Part shown: piece after piece, positions 6,060 through 12,280 of the stretch | Numbering within the stretch: the first letter of the stretch is position 1 | Layout of the letters: each line of letters starts with the position of its first letter | Source of the DNA: Candidatus Zixiibacteriota bacterium | GTDB lineage: Bacteria; Zixibacteria; MSB-5A5; GN15; FEB-12 | Direction of reading: 5' to 3' | Length of the DNA: 12,280 bases | Assembly: GCA_041742355.1 (NCBI GenBank) | Contig: JBGSIV010000297.1 | Coordinates: 1-12,280 of the forward strand | Made by a program: the position numbers and the translations under genes | Notes under the pieces: generated by a model | What the model was told of the DNA's origin: nothing | What the model saw: only the letters and a program-made list of their open reading frames with translations | Databases searched by the model: none

Positions 6060-8078
6060 ATGCCTGCCTCATCCCGCAAATCCCCAGCCCGGCGGCCGAT
6101 CGCGGCCGAAGACCTCTACAGGCTGCGCATCCCGCTCGCCGTGGCCCTCTCCCCCGATGAAACACGCGTCGCGTACACGGTCGAACGAGTGGATGAAGAC
6201 GACCGCACCTACTACGCCAACCTCTTCGTCTGCCACACCCCGACCGGGGAGATCCGGCAGTACACGCACGGGAAAACCAAGGACGGTGCGCCGGTCTGGT
6301 CGCCCGACGGCACCCAAATCGCCTTCGTCTCGACCCGCGACAAAAAGACCGGCATCTACATCATCGCGGCCGCCGGCGGCGCCGAACGGAAAGTCATCGA
6401 CCTCGACGGCGCGATCGCCCAGATGCAGTGGACCCCCGACGGCACGCAACTCGTGTTCGCCCTCCGCTACAACGACTCCCACTTCATCGAAAAGGAGGAG
6501 GAGAAGAAGAAGCCGCCAGTCTTCCGGCACATCACCAGACTGTACTACCGCCTCGACGGCGCGGGGTTCCTTCCGAAAGACACCTTCCAGATCTACGCCC
6601 TCGATGTCGAATCCGCGCATCTGCGCAAGATCACGACCGGCAAACGCGACAACACCCAGCCGGCCCTCTCCCCCGACGGCAAGTCGATCGTGTTTGTCTC
6701 CAACCGCCGCCCCGACCCCGATGTCGACAGCCTCTACGACGACCTGCTGGTAATTCCCTTTGCCGGGGGGCGCGAACGCAAAATCTCGGCCCCCGATGGC
6801 CCCAAGGGAATGCCGGGCTGGTCGCCCAACGGGAAAATGATCGCGTACATCGGCCACGATAATCCGCGCGATGCCTGGGGCGTGACCAACCACCACATCT
6901 GGGCGGTCGGCGTGAACGGCACGCCGAAAGCCAGAGACCTCACCCCCGCGTTCGACCGCATGGCCGTTGACCTGACCATATCCGATATGGGCGAAGGCCA
7001 CTCGGTCGCCCCGGTCACCTGGTCGGCCGACGGCAAGCGCATATTCTTCGTCGGCTCCGACACCGGGCGGACCAACCTGTACTACGCCCCGGCCCGAGGC
7101 GGCAAACCGACACGCATCTTCGACGGCAAGTGCCACGTCAAAGCGTTCGCGGTCGCCGGCCGGACGCGCACCGCGGCCATCATCTACTCGGATATCGAAA
7201 CCGTCGGTGACATCGTAACCGCCCCCGCCAACTACGGCGGCGAAAAGAAAGCGACCCGCCACACCGACCTCAACCCGTTCCTACGGACCGAGGTCCGGCT
7301 GGGCAAAACCAAAGACCTCATGTTCAAGGGGTACGACGGCACCGAGATTCAGGGCTTCCTGCTCCTTCCGCCCGACTTCAAACCCTCGAAGAAATACCCT
7401 GCCGTTCTCGAAATCCACGGCGGCCCGAGGGTGCAGTACGGCTACACCTTCTTCCACGAGATGCAGCTCCTCGCCGCAAAAGGCTACGTCGTCTTCTACA
7501 CCAACCCCCGGGGCGGCCAGGGACGCGGTCACACGTGGGCCGACGCTATCTCGGGCGGCTGGGGCGGTATCGACTACCAGGACTGCATGGCCGCCGCCGA
7601 TTACCTCGAACGCCAGTCCTATGTCAATCCAAAGAAGATCGGCGTCACCGGCGGCTCCTACGGCGGCTACATGACCAACTGGATCATCGGCCACACCAAC
7701 CGCTTCAAAGCCGCCGTCACCCAGCGCTCGGTGGTCAACCTGATCTCCATGTACGGCGCCTCGGATATCGGCTGGTCGCTGGAGCGCGAATTCGACGGCA
7801 CGCCGTGGAACAACCAGGGCAACTACGAAAAGTGCTCGCCGATCACTTACTTGAAAAACGCCAGGACGCCGCTGCTGATCCTCCACAACGAACAGGATCT
7901 GCGGTGCGGGATCGAGCAGGCCGAGCAGATGTTCGTCATGCTCAAACGCCTGCACCGGACAGTCGAACTCGTGCGGTTTCCGGAAGAGCCGCACGGCCTG
8001 TCACGGCACGGACGGCCCGACCGGCGCATCGCGCGCCTGGGTTGGATTATCAGGTGGTTTGACCGCTTCCTGAAATAG
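6060..8078 (+). CDS. S9 family serine peptidase (dipeptidyl aminopeptidase/acylaminoacyl peptidase, S9C-like)
   Basis: N-terminal beta-propeller with PD40-like WSPDG repeats. The C-terminal alpha/beta hydrolase has IHGGP, nucleophile GGSYGG, Asp in DLRC and His in EPHG. ATG 6060 follows GAAAGGAA and is preferred over TTG 5991. No signal peptide. Confidence 0.95.
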   Translation: MPASSRKSPARRPIAAEDLYRLRIPLAVALSPDETRVAYTVERVDEDDRTYYANLFVCHTPTGEIRQYTHGKTKDGAPVWSPDGTQIAFVSTRDKKTGIYIIAAAGGAERKVIDLDGAIAQMQWTPDGTQLVFALRYNDSHFIEKEEEKKKPPVFRHITRLYYRLDGAGFLPKDTFQIYALDVESAHLRKITTGKRDNTQPALSPDGKSIVFVSNRRPDPDVDSLYDDLLVIPFAGGRERKISAPDGPKGMPGWSPNGKMIAYIGHDNPRDAWGVTNHHIWAVGVNGTPKARDLTPAFDRMAVDLTISDMGEGHSVAPVTWSADGKRIFFVGSDTGRTNLYYAPARGGKPTRIFDGKCHVKAFAVAGRTRTAAIIYSDIETVGDIVTAPANYGGEKKATRHTDLNPFLRTEVRLGKTKDLMFKGYDGTEIQGFLLLPPDFKPSKKYPAVLEIHGGPRVQYGYTFFHEMQLLAAKGYVVFYTNPRGGQGRGHTWADAISGGWGGIDYQDCMAAADYLERQSYVNPKKIGVTGGSYGGYMTNWIIGHTNRFKAAVTQRSVVNLISMYGASDIGWSLEREFDGTPWNNQGNYEKCSPITYLKNARTPLLILHNEQDLRCGIEQAEQMFVMLKRLHRTVELVRFPEEPHGLSRHGRPDRRIARLGWIIRWFDRFLK

Positions 8079-8110
8079 CGCGGACTATAGACGCGACGAC
8101 CGCATACGAG

Positions 8111-8148
8111 AGCGGGGCCGATGAGATCATCGGCCCCGCTTTCATTTT
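8111..8148 (+). terminator. Intrinsic terminator
   Basis: AGCGGGGCCGATGA-GA-TCATCGGCCCCGCT perfect hairpin followed by TTCATTTT, 32 nt after the peptidase stop. Confidence 0.9.
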
Positions 8149-8196
8149 GTCTCTGAATCCGGCTGCAGTCTTGAGAAACTCGAACGCGCCGCCTGA

Positions 8197-8619
8197 CTAC
8201 GAACGATTCGACGGCTGGCTGCGGACCGTGAAGCCCTGCTCCTGCAGGAACTGCTCCGCCTCGGGGTAGGTGCGAAATGTCCGCGAGATTTCCTTCGTGT
8301 TACCGCGCTCGAACATGCGCAGCAGGTGGGCGTAGGTCACCGGGTTGTTGATGACATTCACCGACCACTGCATGTTGTGATTGCGGCACCAGGCGAGGTG
8401 CCGTCCGACTATGTCGATCACGGCCGACTCGGCCGTTTTCCAGTTGCTCAGGTCAACCAGCTTCACCCAGGGGCGATCCAGTATCGGCTCAACTTCCATT
8501 TCGAAATCGGCCTTGTACGACTCGGCCGTCTTGACCCGCCATATTCCGAAGATCTTTTCGTATACGACGCCGTTGGCCTCGTCGACATCAATATCGAACT
8601 CAAGGCTCCATCCGCTCAT
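8197..8619 (-). CDS. Hypothetical protein, SpoIIAA-like / STAS-SEC14-like small alpha/beta domain
   Basis: 140 aa with RBS AAGGGGAAG. The pattern 'IFGIW...WVKLVDLSNWK...RTFRTYPEAEQFL' resembles SpoIIAA-like proteins (L-x-D-L core, C-terminal F-x-x-x-x-EA-x-x-W/F-L). The CDS is likely real; the family call is tentative. Confidence 0.7.
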   Translation of the reverse strand: MSGWSLEFDIDVDEANGVVYEKIFGIWRVKTAESYKADFEMEVEPILDRPWVKLVDLSNWKTAESAVIDIVGRHLAWCRNHNMQWSVNVINNPVTYAHLLRMFERGNTKEISRTFRTYPEAEQFLQEQGFTVRSQPSNRS

Positions 8620-8840
8620 AAGTATACCACTTCCCCTTGCATCCGTGGATTTCTGTGTCTGTGACGCCGGATTGCTGCCGGCTCAGGCCCGGGGGTAAGA
8701 CTTGAAGATCGGCTCGTTTCTAAAACGTGCCTCTGCCTGCCAAGGTTCCGCCGAACCAGGTGCTTGGCGGATCACCCGGCATAGCCCGATCGATTCTTGT
8801 GGGAACCGATGTCTGAATCGTGCGAACGGAGCCAAGGATA

Positions 8841-10883
8841 CTACATTGTGAACGACGCTTCAAGATAAAAACGCCGGCCGAGTCCCGGATAATCGCCGTC
8901 GGCAAGATCAAACCCGAATTGATCCGGCCGCCGCTCGTCGGTCAAATCGTATCCGCTCAGACTCAGCTGCACGTGCGACGCTACTTCGACTCGGGTGTGC
9001 GCACCGATTTCATACACCGACGCAATCACCTTGCGGTTCCCGTCCCAGAGGACAATGCCGCGATCGCCGGTGTAGGTCAGCGACGTACCCATCGCGACAC
9101 GGCCGCGCGTCCACTCCGCCGCGCTGTGCCACTTCAGATCGGGGACATACGCCGCCGACTGCATCACGCTGCCGCCCAAAACCGACTGCTCCGCCTCCTG
9201 CCACACCCCCGACCACGACACCGTCAGGTCTCGCCGGACTTTCACTGAAAGACCAAAGTCGATTCCAGTCGATTGGAACCGCTCGTAATTCCTCGGCACC
9301 GAACGGTAGATCGACGGATCCCACTCATATTGAATGAGCGAATCGACCTCCTGGTGGAAGAACGTCAGGCGGGAGCTGACATCCGGCGTCGGATCATAGG
9401 AGACGGTCGCGGCGAGGGTTCGGGCGGTCTCCGGATTCAGCTTCGCGTTGCCGGCCGTGAAGACATCGTCGGCGAACTGCTCGGCAATCGTCGGCAGGCG
9501 AAAGGCGTAGGCATAGCCAAGTTTCAGATGCAGCGACGGAATCGGCGTCACGACAACCCCCGCGTTGTACGAGGGCTGCGCCTCCCGGTTATGCACGAAC
9601 TGCACGCGGCCGCTCAGGTCGAGTTCAACCGGGGCGGCGACTGACCAGCGTGTGTTTCCCCAGAGGTCGAACTGGTTCTGCCCCGCCGCCCAATAGGTGA
9701 AACTGGCATAATCGTAATCAAACGGCGCGTACGGCCCGGAGAAATTGCGGCCCGTATTTCTGTCGGTATTGCTCGTGCGCAGAGATCCCGACAACCAGTC
9801 CACTCCCCAGGCCACCGACACCGGCCCCAGATCGCGCAGGTAACGCGCGTTGATCCCGGCCGAACGCTTGTTGTAAATCGTCCGTGACTGCGTATTGAGC
9901 GAGTCGGTGATTTGCCACGTTTGCGGCGGGGTTACGCTCGAATCGGTCATCGGATAATCTGACCAGTAAGCATAGCGCGAACGGTAGTCGAGGTTCTTCT
10001 TCTCCCAGAACAGGTCCACCTGCGCCTCACCGACAGCCTCATTGTAGAAACGGTACTGCACATCGAGCGAGTAGTTTTCATCCTCCTGGCGCGAGGTCAG
10101 GCTGTTCGATTCGGTGCTGCCGTAGAGGGGCACAAAACCCGCCGCCGGCACCGGCCCGGGCACACCGAGCGAATCCTCGAAATAGCGCGCACTGAAAGTC
10201 AGGCGGTGGTCGCCGGATAGCCAATCCGACCGCACGCCGCCGATCAATCGTTGCGCGCCGGCGTTGTCGCGGCGGTTGTCCGCCTCGGCGAACTCCGCCC
10301 ACGCCCCCAGGCCAAACGCACCCACTTTGCGCGAGGCATCGGCGAAATAGCTTCGCGCCCCGAATGACCCGACCGCGGTCTTGATTTCGATACGGTCAGC
10401 CAGAGTCGACGGCGACATCAGGTTGACCACGCCGCCGACCGCATCGGAGCCGTAGAACGCCGACTGCGGCCCTTTCACGATCTCGACCCGGCTCAACTCA
10501 TTCGGGCTGTAGTCGGCGAGGTTGAATCCGCCGAGCGAGTAATCCTTCACCACGCGGCCGTTGTAGAGGAGCAGCATGTGGCGGTTGAAAACGCCCCAGT
10601 TGGAGAGCGTGGCGACCGAACCGAGTCCGTTGTAGTTGCGGATGTCGACCCCGGTCCCCTGCTCGAGGCGCGTGTCGAGGGCGGATTCGATCCCGCCGCT
10701 GAGATTGACGACTGTCGACGGCCACACCGACCGGGCATCCGACAGCCCGAATCGATTTGCCGTGACCACGATTGAATCGGAGATCTTTCGCGGGGAATCG
10801 AATGTCCCCGTGGTGTCGTTGGCCCCGGCTCCCATCGCGCCGGAAAGCGTCAGTGCGCAGGCCAAAAGAAAACTGCGCCGCAT
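8841..10883 (-). CDS. btuB: TonB-dependent outer membrane receptor, BtuB-like (cobalamin uptake)
   Basis: Signal peptide, TonB-box-like DSIVVTANR, plug motif RVEIVKGPQSAFYGSDAVGGVVNL, barrel motifs AFRLPTIAEQF and GNAKLNPETA, and C-terminal GRRFYLEASFTM. RBS GGAGG. The substrate is inferred from the upstream cobalamin riboswitch. Confidence 0.9.
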   Translation of the reverse strand: MRRSFLLACALTLSGAMGAGANDTTGTFDSPRKISDSIVVTANRFGLSDARSVWPSTVVNLSGGIESALDTRLEQGTGVDIRNYNGLGSVATLSNWGVFNRHMLLLYNGRVVKDYSLGGFNLADYSPNELSRVEIVKGPQSAFYGSDAVGGVVNLMSPSTLADRIEIKTAVGSFGARSYFADASRKVGAFGLGAWAEFAEADNRRDNAGAQRLIGGVRSDWLSGDHRLTFSARYFEDSLGVPGPVPAAGFVPLYGSTESNSLTSRQEDENYSLDVQYRFYNEAVGEAQVDLFWEKKNLDYRSRYAYWSDYPMTDSSVTPPQTWQITDSLNTQSRTIYNKRSAGINARYLRDLGPVSVAWGVDWLSGSLRTSNTDRNTGRNFSGPYAPFDYDYASFTYWAAGQNQFDLWGNTRWSVAAPVELDLSGRVQFVHNREAQPSYNAGVVVTPIPSLHLKLGYAYAFRLPTIAEQFADDVFTAGNAKLNPETARTLAATVSYDPTPDVSSRLTFFHQEVDSLIQYEWDPSIYRSVPRNYERFQSTGIDFGLSVKVRRDLTVSWSGVWQEAEQSVLGGSVMQSAAYVPDLKWHSAAEWTRGRVAMGTSLTYTGDRGIVLWDGNRKVIASVYEIGAHTRVEVASHVQLSLSGYDLTDERRPDQFGFDLADGDYPGLGRRFYLEASFTM

Positions 10884-10960
10884 CGCGAACCTCCATCAGT
10901 CACGACCGCGCAGTGCTTTCGTTCGCCAGCCCGCGCTGACCGCAACCGAATCAGTGATAT

Positions 10961-11127
10961 GGCTACGGCAGGTTTCCTGGCTCCGGCGTCGAACCCTCGC
11001 CGCGCGCCTTCCCCGTCGTTTCCCGACGAGTGGCTTCATGCCGGCGAAGTAGCCGTTACAGTAGCGGGGCTGCGACGGACTCACACCGTCTTCCCTATTA
11101 CCCGTCCACCCGGACGGCACCGTAACG
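10961..11127 (-). ncRNA. Cobalamin (B12) riboswitch
   Basis: Minus strand shows the conserved boxes in order: GGTGC, AATAGGGAAGACGGTGTGAGTCCGTCGCAGCCCCGCTACTGTAA, GCCACT, GGGAAGGC, and the B12 box GAGCCAGGAAACCTGCC. P1 closes by GTTACGG/CCGTAGC pairing. Confidence 0.95.
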
Positions 11128-11137
11128 TTGTGGGCGT

Positions 11138-11166
11138 ATGCTACCGGACCGGACAAGACTTGTCAA
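11138..11166 (-). promoter_or_regulatory. Sigma70-type promoter driving the riboswitch-btuB transcript
   Basis: Minus strand TTGACA (11166-11161), exactly 17 nt, TAGCAT (11143-11138), ending about 10 nt before riboswitch P1. Confidence 0.8.
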
Positions 11167-11202
11167 GCGGAATGATCGCGCCGTTCCGGCGGCCTCGCGC
11201 TA

Positions 11203-12069
11203 CTAGTTACGCAGGTAGATCTGATTCCGGCGGTAATCGATCGTGATTTTGTGGCGGTAGAGAAACGACGCCCCGATCAGGCCTTCGATCTGGACACCGC
11301 GGAGGCGGGATTTGAGACTGCCGAGATCGCTCGAGCTGACATAGACGTTCTCAGATGTGATCACGCCGCCGAGCGAGACTTTGCGCACGGTGGCTTTAGG
11401 ATCGGCGGTGTTGACTTTCAATTGAGCGGCCAGCTCGGGCGATAAGAATACGTGCGTGGCGCAGTAGTCAAGGGCCATCGGAACAATGATCGAGTCGTTG
11501 AACGTGACATCGACCATGATGAGATGGTTCTCTTGCTTGAACGGCACCGACGGCGGCAGTTTCCCCTTGAGGAAATCCGGCTCGGCCTGCTCCAGCAGCA
11601 TCGAGTGCTTCGGGTAGTCAATCGTGATGTAGAAACGACGCAGAATGGAATACCCGATCAGGCCATCCGGCGCGGCCGCGCGTTTATCCTTGATCAGCGC
11701 CCCGAGGTCGATCGCGACGGCGTCGACATTGTAGAGCCGTTCGTGTCCGATTTCGAGCGAGCGGATACTCATTGTCCGCGCCTCGCTGTGCCCCTCGATT
11801 CCCTGCACCGACCGCATCGGCTGACCACCCGACACCGAGAGCGAGTGCTCGGCCGCCCATCCCCGGTCGACATACAGATGATCCGCGCCGGTGTCGATCC
11901 CGAATCGTCCTTTGGCGTGGCCGTCGATCGTGATATCGACCTGCACAATCCCCTGCATCGGGTCAAACGGGATCCCCTGCGCCGCAAATACGACCGCCGC
12001 CAGCAGGGCGATGAGAGTGATCATCGGGAATATCCGCGATGACATGATAATCGGGAACGCTCGTTTCAT
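11203..12069 (-). CDS. Secreted two-domain retropepsin-like aspartyl protease
   Basis: Signal peptide. Lobe 1 has FGIDTGAD...DGLIGYSILRRFYITIDY; lobe 2 has MALDYCAT...EGLIGASFLYRHKITIDY. Tandem TAG TAG stop. The start may be 12069, 12045 or 12024 (no clear RBS). Confidence 0.88.
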   Translation of the reverse strand: MKRAFPIIMSSRIFPMITLIALLAAVVFAAQGIPFDPMQGIVQVDITIDGHAKGRFGIDTGADHLYVDRGWAAEHSLSVSGGQPMRSVQGIEGHSEARTMSIRSLEIGHERLYNVDAVAIDLGALIKDKRAAAPDGLIGYSILRRFYITIDYPKHSMLLEQAEPDFLKGKLPPSVPFKQENHLIMVDVTFNDSIIVPMALDYCATHVFLSPELAAQLKVNTADPKATVRKVSLGGVITSENVYVSSSDLGSLKSRLRGVQIEGLIGASFLYRHKITIDYRRNQIYLRN

Positions 12070-12150
12070 ACCGAAAAGAAAGGGCGGTGTTGAAATCTGG
12101 GCAAGATTGAAATTGGCGTGTCATTGATATCTGCACGAACGCCCAGAGAC

Positions 12151-12178
12151 TGTCATCCCTGCGAAAGCAGGGATCCAG
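12151..12178 (+). repeat. CGTC-type REP-like palindromic element
   Basis: TGTCATCCCTGC-GAAA-GCAGGGATCCAG matches the widespread (C/T)GTCATYCCNGCGNAAGCNGGRATCCA palindromic repeat pattern; 8-bp stem with a GAAA loop. Confidence 0.8.
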
Positions 12179-12188
12179 TCTTTGTCTC

Positions 12189-12280
12189 CGTGCCACGGAC
12201 ATGCCCCGCATGTCCGTGCGTGGTGTCAGGCGACCCCGCCTGACACCGTGCGCGGCAGATGTCCACATCTGCCGCGTGCC
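12189..12280. repeat. Tandem array of heterologous perfect hairpins punctuated by CGTG (truncated by window end)
   Basis: CACGGACATGC-CCC-GCATGTCCGTG (12194-12218), GGTGTCAGGCG-ACCC-CGCCTGACACC (12222-12247), CGCGGCAGATG-TCCA-CATCTGCCGCG (12251-12276). Confidence 0.85.

Noticed and set aside
6069..7994. Long minus-strand ORFs 6069..7262 and 7281..7994 antisense to the peptidase
   Set aside because: Same shadow-frame artefact; low-information G/V/D/R-rich translations.
11963..12268. 101-aa minus-strand ORF (contains LDPCFRRDD)
   Set aside because: It is the translation of the palindromic repeats and overlaps the protease start; typical spurious repeat-derived ORF.
12189..12280. CRISPR array interpretation of the right-edge hairpins
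   Set aside because: No identical direct repeats separated by spacers; the palindromes differ from each other, and no cas genes are in the window.

Overview
GC-rich bacterial DNA from a diderm organism (it encodes a TonB-dependent receptor), made of functionally unrelated, mostly monocistronic units. In order: a Wzx/MATE-like polysaccharide flippase (+), an 80-aa orphan ORF with a strong RBS (-), an Asp-box/BNR repeat putative lipoprotein (+), a fused alpha+beta 2-oxoacid dehydrogenase E1 (-), an S9 family serine peptidase (+), a 140-aa SpoIIAA/STAS-like protein (-), a BtuB-like TonB-dependent receptor with a clear cobalamin riboswitch and a sigma70 promoter (-), and a secreted two-domain retropepsin-like aspartyl protease (-). 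No rRNA, tRNA, CRISPR array or transposase is visible. The most unusual signal is at the right edge: a head-to-tail array of perfect ~11-bp hairpins of unrelated sequence, spaced 28-30 nt and punctuated by CGTG. It lies next to a CGTC-type REP-like element and appears to continue beyond the window. Also notable are a Cys in place of the Mg2+-ligating Asn in the E1 ThDP motif and a 14-bp palindrome between divergent promoters. All calls are by eye; no database searches were run.
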